Part shown: piece by piece, positions 52,760 through 61,883 of the stretch | Layout of the letters: each line of letters opens with the position of its first letter | Numbering within the stretch: the first letter of the stretch is position 1 | Origin: a virus | Reading direction: 5' to 3' (one strand) | Virus record (IMG/VR): IMGVR_UViG_3300046499_000591 | Location: 15,198-79,197 of that record | Length of the DNA: 64,000 nt | Translations under genes and position numbers: made by a program | Notes under the pieces: model-generated | What the model was told of the DNA's origin: nothing | Database searches by the model: none | Seen by the model: only the letters and a program-made list of their open reading frames with translations

Positions 52760-53776
52760 GTGACCACCGCATACGACACCGTCGACCTCTTCGCCGGACC
52801 CGGCGGCCTCGACGTCGCCGCCAAGAACCTCGGCCTCCACCCCATCGGCATCGAATGGTCCGCCGACGCCTGCAAGACCCGCCGCGCCGCAGGACTTCCC
52901 ACGAGGGAGGACGACGTCCGCAACTACGGCCCGGCTGACTTCCCCACCGCGAAGCGCCTCATGGGCGGCCCCCCGTGCCAGACGTTCACCGTCGCCGGAA
53001 ACGGCGCGGGCCGTCGCGCCCTCGACACCGTCCTCGACCTGGCGCAGCGCCTCACCGCCCGCGAGGACATCAGCGCCGACCTCGCCGACCTCGACGACGA
53101 CGACCCGCGCACCGGCCTCGTCCTCGAACCCCTCCGCTGGGCCCTCACCGCGATGGACCTCGGTCGCCCCTATCGCACGATCGTCCTCGAACAGGTCCCG
53201 GCCGTACTGCCCGTATGGCGCGCGTACGCCGAACACCTCGCCGCCGAGGGTTACCGCACGATGACGGGCGTCCTCCGCGCCGAGCAGTACGGGGTACCGC
53301 AGACACGCAAGCGCGCCGTCCTCATCGCCTCCCTCGACGGTCCCGGCGCCCTCCCCGCCCCCGTACACCAGCCGTACGAGACCGGACGCCCGCCCGTCGC
53401 CGACGACCCGATCCTTCACCCCTGGGTGTCCATGGGTGAAGTCCTCGACCGGCCCGGCCCGTTCACCGTCGTCTCCAACTACGGCACGGGCGGCGACCCG
53501 AAGAACCGCGGACGGCGTCTCTCGACACAGCCCGCCGCCACCGTCACCGGGAAGGTCAACCGGTGCCGCATCGTCGCCCCCGACGGCGCCGAGCTCCCGC
53601 GCCTCACCAATGCCGAGGCAGGCCAGTTGCAGACCTTCCCTGCCGACTACCCCTGGTCCGGCGGAGACATCCCGCAGCAGATCGGCAACGCCGTACCCGT
53701 CCTCCTCGCCACGCACATCATCGCCGCCGCGATCGGCGCGGCCATCCCCGCCCGGCCCGTCGCCCTCGCGGTCTGA
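52760..53776 (+). CDS. dcm: DNA (cytosine-5) methyltransferase
   Basis: DLFAGPGG (motif I), GGPPCQ (IV), EQV (VI variant), PQTRKR (VIII) and QQIGNAVP (X); CAGGAGG RBS. Confidence 0.92.
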   Translation: MTTAYDTVDLFAGPGGLDVAAKNLGLHPIGIEWSADACKTRRAAGLPTREDDVRNYGPADFPTAKRLMGGPPCQTFTVAGNGAGRRALDTVLDLAQRLTAREDISADLADLDDDDPRTGLVLEPLRWALTAMDLGRPYRTIVLEQVPAVLPVWRAYAEHLAAEGYRTMTGVLRAEQYGVPQTRKRAVLIASLDGPGALPAPVHQPYETGRPPVADDPILHPWVSMGEVLDRPGPFTVVSNYGTGGDPKNRGRRLSTQPAATVTGKVNRCRIVAPDGAELPRLTNAEAGQLQTFPADYPWSGGDIPQQIGNAVPVLLATHIIAAAIGAAIPARPVALAV

Positions 53777-53799
53777 CCACCCGAGCCGTAACCCCCGGC

Positions 53800-53827
53800 C
53801 CGCCCCGGCACTCGACCGCCGGGGCGG
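53800..53827 (+). other. Intergenic hairpin with ACTCGACC loop
   Basis: CCGCCCCGGC-ACTCGACC-GCCGGGGCGG. Confidence 0.65.
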
Positions 53828-53852
53828 CCTCTCACCGCCCAGGACCGCCCTC

Positions 53853-54305
53853 ATGTCCAGCACCACCCCGCCCACGCTCGAGCAGCTCCTCAACCTGATC
53901 GACCGCGCCGAACGCAAGGGCCTCAACGCCGCCGAGGGCGACCGCCTCCGCGTCGGCCTTCGCTTCCTCGCCGAGGACTACCCCGGGGACCCCGGCGACG
54001 TCGTCTCCATCGACACCGTCGACCTCGCCGAACTCCGGCGGAAATACGACAACGCTCGCAAATTGGCCTGGCGGTGGAGGCGCCGCGCCCTCGTCCTCGC
54101 CAAGTCGCCGACACCCGAGCCCGCGCCGCCGGCCACACCCGACCCCGCCCCGGACGTGCCGGCCGCCCCGCCGGCGACGACCGACGACCGCGACGCCCTC
54201 CGCCGCGTCACCGCCCTCGCCCAGCGCTGGATGCACATACCCGCCAAGCGGGCCGCCGCCGCCTCCATCCTCTCCACCATCACGAATCGAGACGCCGATG
54301 ACTGA
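53853..54305 (+). CDS. Hypothetical protein
   Basis: LEQLLNLIDRAERK.L...E..RLR.G pattern. Confidence 0.6.
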   Translation: MSSTTPPTLEQLLNLIDRAERKGLNAAEGDRLRVGLRFLAEDYPGDPGDVVSIDTVDLAELRRKYDNARKLAWRWRRRALVLAKSPTPEPAPPATPDPAPDVPAAPPATTDDRDALRRVTALAQRWMHIPAKRAAAASILSTITNRDADD

Positions 54306-54633
54306 CCGCGCCCCCAAGCCGCCGCTCCCCGCCGCCACGTTCGCGCCCTTTCCCCGTATCCCCGTGGACACCGAGGAGGGGAGCCTCCACTACCGGCTCA
54401 CCACCATCGCCCGACGTCCCGCCGCCGAGTGGGTCATGGGCCCCGACGGCCCGTACAAGCACCCCGACATGACCATGGCGCAGACCATCCGCGGCGCCGT
54501 CGCCGAGGCCCTCCTCCACCTCATGGAGCTCGGCGTCATCGACGTCGACACCGAGCGCCTCGACGCCCCTCACGGCCTGCCCTGGGCCCGCGACGACTTC
54601 CGCCCCGCATCGGAGGACCCCGCCCGTGTCTAA
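54298..54633 (+). CDS. Hypothetical protein
   Basis: Overlapping gene in the operon. Confidence 0.6.
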   Translation: MTDRAPKPPLPAATFAPFPRIPVDTEEGSLHYRLTTIARRPAAEWVMGPDGPYKHPDMTMAQTIRGAVAEALLHLMELGVIDVDTERLDAPHGLPWARDDFRPASEDPARV

Positions 54634-55882
54634 CCCGTGCCCCCGGCACACGAACGCCCCCGTCATCGCAGGCCGATGCGGGGGCTGTTCGCTTCCCGCG
54701 GCCCCGGCCGAGTGCCCACCCGGCACACACAGCCTCTTCGACCCGTGCCCCGGCGACTGCACCGACCCCGTCGCCGACACCATCCGCGCGGAATCCATCG
54801 CCCCGGTGACGACCGAGGTGACCATCGACGCCACGAGGATCATGGAAGCCTTCGCCCGCCTCCCCCGCCGCATCCCCGTCCCGGCACACCCCGACACGGA
54901 ACGCCGCACCCGGTACGCGGCCGCCATCCGCCACCACATCAAGGCCCTCACCCTCCCCGCACCCACACCCGGCGGCGCCCCCCTGCTCGGCGCCACCGAG
55001 TACGACCTCGCCGACGTCGTCCTCCTCCTGGCCGACGCCGAACTAGACCAGCTCGGCGAGGAACTGGACGCCGCCGGCGCGACCATCGCTGGGCAGACAG
55101 CGCAGATGACCGAGCTACGCGCGGCACTCGACCAGACCCGTGCCGAACGTGACGCCGCGCTCCGCGTCGCCGAGGTGTGGGCGGACGCACCCGACCCGCT
55201 CGTCCGCCACAGCGCCGCCGACCTCGCCGACCTCCTCTCCGCCATCCGCGGAGCACGGCCCGCCCGACTCCTCAACTGCGGCTGGTGCCACGAGGAGGAC
55301 GGCGAGGAGGTCCACCCGCACCCCGAGTGCCCGGTACGGACCACGCCCGGGACAGCGACCGAAGCGACCGAGCACTGCCCGACCCCGGAGACCCACAACT
55401 GGGGATGCGGCTGCCCCACGGACCAGCTCCCGCTACACGCCGAATCCGGCATCGACACCCCCGGCTGCGACTGCCGCCATAACGGCATGGGCCCGAAGTG
55501 GCATGCACAGGCGTGCACGTGGCTCGCAACGATGACCGTGCCGCACCCCGACACGGTCACGGCCGCCCCCTGCGGCGAGACGAGCACCGGCATGTACGGG
55601 CGCCTCCTCGGCCCCTGCCTCAACACGCCCCACCCCCCGACCACCTTCCACCGCGACGCACACGGCGCCGAGTGGCGTGAGTACGGGCCCGACGACCAGC
55701 TCCGCGCCGAGCGAGACCGGTACGCGAAAGCCCTCGACAAGATCGGCGACTTCAACAAGCTGGTGGCAGAGGGCTCCTGTCGCGTCCACGCGGCCGAGCA
55801 GGCCCGCGACACCCTCGCCATCCTCGACCGCCACCTACGGCCCCCCGCGGCCCCACGACGCCCCGAGAAAGGGCAACGATGA
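54626..55882 (+). CDS. Mosaic Cys/His-rich hypothetical protein
   Basis: Many short Cys/His modules (CGWC.EE..EEVHPHPEC, HNWGCGC, GCDCRH) around a coiled coil. Confidence 0.6.
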   Translation: MSNPCPRHTNAPVIAGRCGGCSLPAAPAECPPGTHSLFDPCPGDCTDPVADTIRAESIAPVTTEVTIDATRIMEAFARLPRRIPVPAHPDTERRTRYAAAIRHHIKALTLPAPTPGGAPLLGATEYDLADVVLLLADAELDQLGEELDAAGATIAGQTAQMTELRAALDQTRAERDAALRVAEVWADAPDPLVRHSAADLADLLSAIRGARPARLLNCGWCHEEDGEEVHPHPECPVRTTPGTATEATEHCPTPETHNWGCGCPTDQLPLHAESGIDTPGCDCRHNGMGPKWHAQACTWLATMTVPHPDTVTAAPCGETSTGMYGRLLGPCLNTPHPPTTFHRDAHGAEWREYGPDDQLRAERDRYAKALDKIGDFNKLVAEGSCRVHAAEQARDTLAILDRHLRPPAAPRRPEKGQR

Positions 55883-56016
55883 ACATGCAGCCCGGCGACC
55901 TCGTACTCGCGGCCCTCGTATGCGCAGGCATCGGATGCGTCCTCCTCCTGGGCGCCGGCCTCACCGCCCTCACCACCGCCATCCGCTACGCCCGCACACC
56001 CCGGGGCAACGCGTGA
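55879..56016 (+). CDS. Small membrane protein
   Basis: ATGA overlap; 45 aa with one hydrophobic helix. Confidence 0.55.
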   Translation: MNMQPGDLVLAALVCAGIGCVLLLGAGLTALTTAIRYARTPRGNA

Positions 56017-56201
56017 ACCCGCCCGAGGCCGCCGCCGTGTTCGTCCTCGCCATCACCGCGTACGCCTCCGGCCCCCTCATCGCACCCCGGCAACGCACCC
56101 CACACCCCACACCGCCACGCCCCACCCCCTCATGGGCACGCAACCGCACCGAAGCCCGCCGTATCGCCCGAGCCACCCGAACACGCGGAGAACGCCCATG
56201 A
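56013..56201 (+). CDS. Small membrane protein
   Basis: GTGA overlap; hydrophobic N-terminus, PSWAR motif. Confidence 0.5.
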   Translation: MNPPEAAAVFVLAITAYASGPLIAPRQRTPHPTPPRPTPSWARNRTEARRIARATRTRGERP

Positions 56202-56386
56202 GCCCCAACCGCACGACCGCCACCCTCTTCACCGCGGCCGCCACCATCGCCACCGCCGAGACAACCCTCACCGCACTGTGCATGCCGTACCGGATCATCC
56301 CCGTCATCACCGGGACAGCCGCCGGACTCCTCTCCATCCTCGCCGCCACCGAATGGACCGCCCTCCACCGCGAGGCAACCCGATGA
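56198..56386 (+). CDS. Small two-helix membrane protein
   Basis: ATGA overlap; two hydrophobic segments. Confidence 0.5.
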   Translation: MSPNRTTATLFTAAATIATAETTLTALCMPYRIIPVITGTAAGLLSILAATEWTALHREATR

Positions 56387-56625
56387 GGCACGGCCTCGAC
56401 CTCATCTGCGCCGTCTTCCTCGGCTACCAGTGGGGACGCGACAACCGCGCCGCACGCCTCCTCAACTGGGCCGAGGACGCCATCACACCCGGCTGGCGCA
56501 CCTGGCGATTCTGGCCCGCCGCCCCCATCGTCCTCGCCGTCATCGCCTGGCTATGGATCGCACACCCCCGCCGAACCCTCGCCAACCGCCGCTCATGGAA
56601 GCACGACAACGAGACCGCGATGTAG
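56383..56625 (+). CDS. Small membrane protein
   Basis: ATGA overlap; Trp-rich hydrophobic helices; its stop lies inside the operator palindrome. Confidence 0.55.
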   Translation: MRHGLDLICAVFLGYQWGRDNRAARLLNWAEDAITPGWRTWRFWPAAPIVLAVIAWLWIAHPRRTLANRRSWKHDNETAM

Positions 56626-56642
56626 CTACACGAGTAGCTACA
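56621..56642. promoter_or_regulatory. Adjacent TGTAGCTACA / AGTAGCTACA operators at the end of the rightward operon
   Basis: TGTAGCTACA-CG-AGTAGCTACA. Confidence 0.65.
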
Positions 56643-56694
56643 GGTCATGAGGATGCCGCCAGCGCCTCTTGGTCATGACGCCTCGCGCACACGT

Positions 56695-56724
56695 AAGCCC
56701 CCGACCGTCATGGTCGGGGGCCTT
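56695..56724. terminator. Bidirectional terminator
   Basis: AAGCCCCCGACC-GTCAT-GGTCGGGGGCCTT between convergent operons. Confidence 0.75.
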
Positions 56725-56751
56725 GTCGTGTTTCCGGGGGTGGTGCGGAGG

Positions 56752-57210
56752 TCAGGGGCGGGGCGTGGGATGTACGCCGGCGGCCTTCATGGATCGGAGG
56801 AGGGCGTGGGCGAGGTCGTCGTACTCGAACGTGTCGGGGTCGACCTCGCGGAAGAACTTCTCGATGGTGTCGGTGAGTAGGTCGACGGTGGCCACGTCGG
56901 CGGTGGTGACGTCAGCGACCGTCCGCGGGGCCGTGGGGGCGTCTGCGATCCATTCGGCCAACGCCTGCCCGTACGTGTCGTGTACGGCGTTCTCGGCGGC
57001 GTGTAGCCGGTCGGCGTCGGCGAGCAGCGTGGCGAGGTGCGGGGCGTGGGCGTGGAGGGCGGTGCGCAGCCAGTCCGGCATGACCATGTGGAGGCTGCGC
57101 GGGGTGTTCGGGGGGCGGCCGTCCCGCTCGAGGCAGTCGCGGAGAAACGCGCGGACGTCCTCCGGGGTGTCGAGGGTGACGCCGGCCGGCGGGGCGGTCA
57201 TGTCGAACAT
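56752..57210 (-). CDS. Hypothetical protein
   Basis: GGGAG RBS; helical ORF. Confidence 0.6.
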   Translation of the reverse strand: MFDMTAPPAGVTLDTPEDVRAFLRDCLERDGRPPNTPRSLHMVMPDWLRTALHAHAPHLATLLADADRLHAAENAVHDTYGQALAEWIADAPTAPRTVADVTTADVATVDLLTDTIEKFFREVDPDTFEYDDLAHALLRSMKAAGVHPTPRP

Positions 57211-57224
57211 TGCTGCTCCCTGCG

Positions 57225-57536
57225 TTACGCGGAGTGGGATCGGTCGTGGTGGACTTCGGCGGCCGTGATCCCGTTGACCTCAAGGTGCGGGGCGAGTTCC
57301 GCGGCGAGGGCGAGGGCCTGGGCGTGGTCGTCGTGAGGGTAGTGGTGCGCCGTCGATGCGCTCGGCTCGGTGGCGCCGTCGGGCCCGTAGTAGGCGTGGC
57401 CGTCGGTGACGACCCAGCCGCGGGGGCGGAGTTCGACGTGGAGGGCGTAGTACCGGTGGTCGCGTTCGGTGGGGTCGAAGACGGATACGGCGTAGCGGGT
57501 GACGGCGAGGATCACGGGGGGCGTCGGTGCGGTCAT
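57225..57536 (-). CDS. Hypothetical protein
   Basis: AAGGA RBS; TRYAVSV...V..R..GWVV motif. Confidence 0.6.
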   Translation of the reverse strand: MTAPTPPVILAVTRYAVSVFDPTERDHRYYALHVELRPRGWVVTDGHAYYGPDGATEPSASTAHHYPHDDHAQALALAAELAPHLEVNGITAAEVHHDRSHSA

Positions 57537-57598
57537 GGTGACGGGTTCCTTCATGGGTGGGGCCCGGCAACCCGTGGGGGCGGCCGGGCGCGGTGGTT

Positions 57599-57814
57599 CT
57601 AGTCGGCGGGGTAGAACTGCGCTCGTTCCGTGCACCACAGGGTGTGCGGCTCTCCGGTGTCGACGATGACCCCGTGTACGTAGAAGGCGCGTTCGTCGAC
57701 GCGGTGCGGCCGGGTCTCCTCGATGCGGTCCACGCGGAACCTCGGGGACGTCATGCTCTTGCTATAGACGACGTCCCCCATACCGAGTTCGAGTGTCGAC
57801 TTGTGCTGCGCCAT
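57599..57814 (-). CDS. Small SH3-like hypothetical protein
   Basis: GAGGA RBS; LGMGDVVY...FRVDRI beta pattern. Confidence 0.6.
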   Translation of the reverse strand: MAQHKSTLELGMGDVVYSKSMTSPRFRVDRIEETRPHRVDERAFYVHGVIVDTGEPHTLWCTERAQFYPAD

Positions 57815-57840
57815 GGGGTTCCTCTCGTGTGCGGTGTGGG

Positions 57841-57873
57841 CCGGCCGCTGCCCGGTCGAGTGGCAGCGGCCGC
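57841..57873 (-). repeat. CTCGACC-loop hairpin, duplicated at 58245
   Basis: CGGCCGCTGCC-CGGTCGAGT-GGCAGCGGCCG. Confidence 0.75.
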
Positions 57874-57879
57874 CGTGGG

Positions 57880-58143
57880 TCAGAGTCCGAAGGTGTTGCA
57901 GTACTCGGCGATCACGCGGCAGCCGATCAGCTTGACCGACTCGGGGCGGTTGTCGCCGCGGTTGCAGCGGAACGTGTAGGCGGCGCGGATCGTGCTGAGG
58001 ATGCTGTCGGTGGTCATGCGGTCCATGACGGTGTTGAGGTCGTGTCCGGGGTGGTTGCCGGCGGCGATCACCTTCGCGGCGTTCGCGGCGATCCAGGCGA
58101 CGACGTCGGTGGTGGTCTTCAGGTTCACGGTGGTGGCACTCAT
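57880..58143 (-). CDS. Hypothetical protein
   Basis: GGGAG RBS, directly behind an operator-flanked promoter. Confidence 0.65.
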   Translation of the reverse strand: MSATTVNLKTTTDVVAWIAANAAKVIAAGNHPGHDLNTVMDRMTTDSILSTIRAAYTFRCNRGDNRPESVKLIGCRVIAEYCNTFGL

Positions 58144-58172
58144 GTCGGTACTCCCTGTTCGTTCCGTCCTTG

Positions 58173-58211
58173 TGTAGCTACAGCTTGCCCCATCTGTGTA
58201 GCTACACGCAA
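58173..58211 (-). promoter_or_regulatory. Leftward promoter with two TGTAGCTACA operators
   Basis: Operators at 58173 and 58197; minus-strand TTGCGT ... CAAGCT. Confidence 0.8.
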
Positions 58212-58244
58212 GCCCTGGGCGTGCGGAATCCCCAAACCGGCGCG

Positions 58245-58275
58245 CGGCCGCTGCCCGGTCGAGTGGCAGCGGCCG
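58245..58275 (-). repeat. CTCGACC-loop hairpin, duplicate of 57841
   Basis: Identical 31-nt sequence. Confidence 0.75.
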
Positions 58276-58299
58276 GCGCGCCCGGTTGGGCGGCCCGGG

Positions 58300-58755
58300 T
58301 CAGTAGTCGTACGGGGCGCGGCCGGAGCAGCCGTACGCGTTCGGCAGCAGGATCGTCAGCGCGTTCCACTCGCCGACCGTCTCGCACACCGTGCACTGGC
58401 CCATGGGGGCCGCGTCGTCGGCGTGCTGACGGCCGATCGCCCGCACCTGGTGCGCCCGGGTGTTCGTGGTCGTGGTCGTCGACGAGACGACGCCCAGCGC
58501 GGTCCGGCCGGCCGGGGTGAGGACCCACACCTTCACGTCGTACGTCGTCGCGGTCCCGGCGACGGTGCGCGTGCGGGTCATGACCTTGACGGCCTCGATC
58601 AGCCCGCGGTCGTGGAGGGTGCGCTCGGCGTTGCCGTCGATGGTGGTGAAGCCGGCCTCGACGCGGAGGAGGGCGGCGACGTTGCCACCGGCGATCTTGA
58701 CCAGCGCCTTGCGCTGGGCGGGGGTGATGGTCACGGGCTTCGTGGCGGTGGTCAT
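58300..58755 (-). CDS. Hypothetical protein (winged helix + Cys pairs)
   Basis: ITPAQRKAL...L.DRGLI...LTPAGR.AL winged helix; C..C at the C-terminus. Confidence 0.65.
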   Translation of the reverse strand: MTTATKPVTITPAQRKALVKIAGGNVAALLRVEAGFTTIDGNAERTLHDRGLIEAVKVMTRTRTVAGTATTYDVKVWVLTPAGRTALGVVSSTTTTTNTRAHQVRAIGRQHADDAAPMGQCTVCETVGEWNALTILLPNAYGCSGRAPYDY

Positions 58756-58786
58756 GTCCGGTGGCTCCCTGGGCGTTGTGTCGTTG

Positions 58787-58825
58787 TGTAGCTACAGCTT
58801 GCCCTACCCGTGTAGCTACACGCAA
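58787..58825 (-). promoter_or_regulatory. Leftward promoter with two TGTAGCTACA operators
   Basis: Operators at 58787 and 58811; minus-strand TTGCGT ... CAAGCT. Confidence 0.8.
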
Positions 58826-58887
58826 GGGGTAGAGAAAAGCCGTGCCGCCCATCTCCCCTCGACCGGGTGATGGACGGCACGGCTTGG

Positions 58888-59442
58888 TCAATGATCCGGC
58901 GCACCCCACACGTCGGGGGTGTCACCGCAGCACGCCGGGCACATGCACCGGCAGGTGTTCTCCCGCCCCGTGCACGGCCCCGGCTGGCCCGGCTCGCCGT
59001 CCTCGTGCGCCGGCGCGCCCGGGCAGTACGGACCCGGCTCCAGGCACTCGGACACCGCGCACTCGTGGGTGGCGCACCACGTGCGCACAGCCGTGTCGAG
59101 CTGGTCGTCACCCTTCGCGCCGGCGTACCGCATCGCGTCGGGCTCCCACGGACACAGCGCCTCCACGGGCGGGGGCGGACACGGCGGCGGCCCCTCGGGC
59201 CCGTCCGAGGCGTGCCACGTCCAGCCGGACGGCATCCGGTACTCCACCCACGGCCCGTGCTGGCGGGACCGGTGCCGGATGGCGGACACCCCACACACCG
59301 GGCACCGCTTCCAGTCCTCGCCGGCGCCCTCCCACTGGTGTGGGTCACCGGGCCGGGCGGCGAGGTACGCCAGCAAGTCGGAGACCGCGGCCCGGTCCCC
59401 GGGCGACCACTGCGCCCGGGGGTCGTTCCCACACCGCATCAC
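58888..59442 (-). CDS. Cys-rich hypothetical protein
   Basis: GTGA overlap; multiple Cys pairs. Confidence 0.5.
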   Translation of the reverse strand: MMRCGNDPRAQWSPGDRAAVSDLLAYLAARPGDPHQWEGAGEDWKRCPVCGVSAIRHRSRQHGPWVEYRMPSGWTWHASDGPEGPPPCPPPPVEALCPWEPDAMRYAGAKGDDQLDTAVRTWCATHECAVSECLEPGPYCPGAPAHEDGEPGQPGPCTGRENTCRCMCPACCGDTPDVWGAPDH

Positions 59443-59690
59443 TCCTCCGCGTCGGCCGGCCGCGGGCCGAGCCAGTAGAGCAGCGAGTTCTCCCGCTCCC
59501 CGGTCTCCTCCGGCGTCAGCTCGTCGCCGGCCGCGCCCGCCTCCGGGATGCGGTCGCAGAGGGCGCGCACTGTGTTGCACGCCTTTTCGACGTCCTCCCG
59601 CTCCTCCGCGGTGAGGTCGGCGCACTCGTACACGGCCGCGAGAGCGGTGAGGGCGCGCTTCGCCTTCGGGTACGTCAGCTTCTTCGTCAT
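59439..59690 (-). CDS. Hypothetical protein
   Basis: MTKKLTYPKAKRAL..., helical. Confidence 0.6.
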   Translation of the reverse strand: MTKKLTYPKAKRALTALAAVYECADLTAEEREDVEKACNTVRALCDRIPEAGAAGDELTPEETGERENSLLYWLGPRPADAEE

Positions 59691-59693
59691 GGG

Positions 59694-60197
59694 TCAGTCC
59701 TTCCGGAAGCGGTGCTTGCTGACCGGGTGGTCGCAAAGGCATGTGGTCGGGGGGTCGGTGCGCAACGTGTCCGGGGCGCCGTTCCACCGGTACGCCTCGC
59801 AGTCGCACAACTCGCAGTCGCGCGGCGTCATCTCGAACGGCCGGCGGGGTGCCGGCGCGCGGCGGCCGGCCCGCGCGGCCTTGGGGAGCTGGAGCCACAC
59901 GGCCCGCCTCTCCCGCCAGTCCTCGGTGCGCACGTACTTCTCGACGGCGGCGACGAGGTCCCGCCGGCGCGACGCGAAGACGAAGACCTGGCCGTCGGCC
60001 TTGAGCCAGTCAATGACGGCCCGGGTGTCGAGGTGGTCGGTGTAGAGGCTGGCCGTCCAGAGGCCACGGGCGCGGTACGTGTGCTCAACCACCAGCACGG
60101 TGCCGTCGACCTCCGTGAACCGCCGGCCGTCGTCCCGGGAGACGCGGCCGCCCGTCATGGGGTTCGTGTACGAGAGGCGGATCGCGGGACCGTCCAT
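59694..60197 (-). CDS. Hypothetical protein
   Basis: Start overlaps the previous stop; C-terminal CELC.C...C.C.H....H. Confidence 0.55.
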   Translation of the reverse strand: MDGPAIRLSYTNPMTGGRVSRDDGRRFTEVDGTVLVVEHTYRARGLWTASLYTDHLDTRAVIDWLKADGQVFVFASRRRDLVAAVEKYVRTEDWRERRAVWLQLPKAARAGRRAPAPRRPFEMTPRDCELCDCEAYRWNGAPDTLRTDPPTTCLCDHPVSKHRFRKD

Positions 60198-61288
60198 CAG
60201 TGGCACTCCGGGCCGTGGTAGATGCGGCAGTAGTCGTCGGGGTGGACGTTCGCCACGTGGTCGCGGAGAGCCCAGACGTCGGGCTTCACGACGTCGCACA
60301 ACGTGCACGCGCCGGCCTCCGCAACGAGGACCGCGACGTAGTCGATGGCGTCCCGGTCGCCGGCGGCCGCGGCGCGCTCCCACACCGGGCGCGCAGCGGC
60401 GGCGTCCTCGAGGAGTTCGACCAACTCGGCCATGCGGCGGAGCTGCGCCGGCAGGGGCCCGTCGACGTCGCGGAGGTCGGCCAACTCGACGGCGGCCGCG
60501 CACGGTCCGCACAGGTCTTCGCCGTCCGTGCACGACCAGCCCTCGTTCGCGGTGAGGTGATCGCGCGCCACCTGCAACCGCTGCGCCTTCGTCATGGCGT
60601 CGTGCACGAGGTAGTCGTGGGAGACGGTGACGCGGCACTCGTCGCAGAACACGGCGATCCGGCACGGGTACGCCTCGGGCGGGGTGGTGAGGAGGATCGG
60701 CCCGGTGGGCACCGTGCGCTCGTCGACGACGAACCCGTCGGCGCGCAGCGTCGCGGCGTACGCGGCGACATGGTCCCGCTGCTCCGCCCAGCGTTCGTGG
60801 CTCGACAGCCGGTCGGGGTCGGTGAGGTCGGGGTTCGGCATCTGGTGGTGGACGCGGGCCTGGTCGTCGGTCCCGAGGGCGATGGCGAACCCGGGGGTGA
60901 TGCACGACCCGTACTCGTTGAGGCCGGCGGCCGGGTGGACGGCGGCGAGCACCGCGGCGGTCACACGGACCGCGATCGGCTGTGTGGGCCGCTGCGCCGC
61001 GTTCCGGGGTTCGGGGGTGCCGTCGGTCGGGACGGTGGCCGTCGTGGCGTCTGCGGGGCGCGGGGGCGTGTTCTCGGCGGGCATGGGGTCTTCCTCCGGG
61101 GTGTCGGTGGCGGTGGCGAAGAGGTCGAGGGTTCCGAAGCCGTCCCCGGGCGGGTCCTCCATGAACGGGAACAGTGACGTCTGCACGGGGCGTACGGGCC
61201 GCCCGAAGTGCGCGGGGGTCATCCGGTCCCAGCGGGGGGCGTGCGGGGCGCGTGCGGGGCGGTGGGGGCCGTCGGTGGTGTCGGTCAT
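60197..61288 (-). CDS. Mosaic hypothetical protein with Zn motifs
   Basis: GAGGA RBS; FCDEC...GWSC...DLCGPC and a C2H2 finger at the C-terminus. Confidence 0.55.
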   Translation of the reverse strand: MTDTTDGPHRPARAPHAPRWDRMTPAHFGRPVRPVQTSLFPFMEDPPGDGFGTLDLFATATDTPEEDPMPAENTPPRPADATTATVPTDGTPEPRNAAQRPTQPIAVRVTAAVLAAVHPAAGLNEYGSCITPGFAIALGTDDQARVHHQMPNPDLTDPDRLSSHERWAEQRDHVAAYAATLRADGFVVDERTVPTGPILLTTPPEAYPCRIAVFCDECRVTVSHDYLVHDAMTKAQRLQVARDHLTANEGWSCTDGEDLCGPCAAAVELADLRDVDGPLPAQLRRMAELVELLEDAAAARPVWERAAAAGDRDAIDYVAVLVAEAGACTLCDVVKPDVWALRDHVANVHPDDYCRIYHGPECH

Positions 61289-61320
61289 CGGGCGTGTCCT
61301 CTCCGGGGAGTGACGGCGGG

Positions 61321-61737
61321 TCATGCGGCGCGGGTGGGGCGTTCGGCGCGGCGGGCGGCTGCGAGGAGGTCGGCGTACTGGGTGCGGGTGATGCGCGGGT
61401 GCGCGTCCCAGAAGTCGAGGAGTTCCTCGGAGGCGTAGCGGGCGGCGCGTGCGGTGGGTCCGGTCCACAGGTCGCGGGGGTCGATACCGGCGGAGTGGCC
61501 GGCCTTGTTGAGGAGGTGGCCGCGGCAGGTGTGTTCGGCGGCGAGCCACTGGGCGTGGGCGTAGTCGAGCCATTCGGTGACGGCGGCGTCCCAGCGGGCT
61601 TTCACGTGGGCGCGCTTGCGGTCACGGAGGTCGCGGCGGTCGCACTCGCGGCGGATGGCTTCCTGCGTGGCTTCACCGGCGGTGCCGTACAGGGTGCACA
61701 GCTCGTCATCGGTGAGGTTCCGCAGGTCCTTCTTCAC
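61321..61737 (-). CDS. Hypothetical protein
   Basis: GGAAGGGG RBS; AEHTCRG.LLN..G...GIDP..LW.GP...A.RYASEEL..FW...PR motif. Confidence 0.65.
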   Translation of the reverse strand: MKKDLRNLTDDELCTLYGTAGEATQEAIRRECDRRDLRDRKRAHVKARWDAAVTEWLDYAHAQWLAAEHTCRGHLLNKAGHSAGIDPRDLWTGPTARAARYASEELLDFWDAHPRITRTQYADLLAAARRAERPTRAA

Positions 61738-61758
61738 GTCGTCCCCTTCCGTGTGGTG

Positions 61759-61796
61759 TGTAGCTACATAATATGCCGTCGTGTAGCTACACACAA
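61759..61796 (-). promoter_or_regulatory. Leftward promoter with two TGTAGCTACA operators
   Basis: Minus-strand TTGTGT-17 nt-TATTAT; operators at 61759 and 61782. Confidence 0.8.
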
Positions 61797-61820
61797 GCCC
61801 CCGGAGGTACGAATGCCGCT

Positions 61821-61851
61821 GCGCCCCGGCCGGGTCGAGGGGCCGGGGCGC
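61821..61851 (-). repeat. CTCGACC-loop hairpin, duplicated at 62310
   Basis: GCGCCCCGGCC-GGGTCGAGG-GGCCGGGGCGC. Confidence 0.75.
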
Positions 61852-61883
61852 AGCAGGGGCGGAGGGCGGCGGGTCGGGGACCG

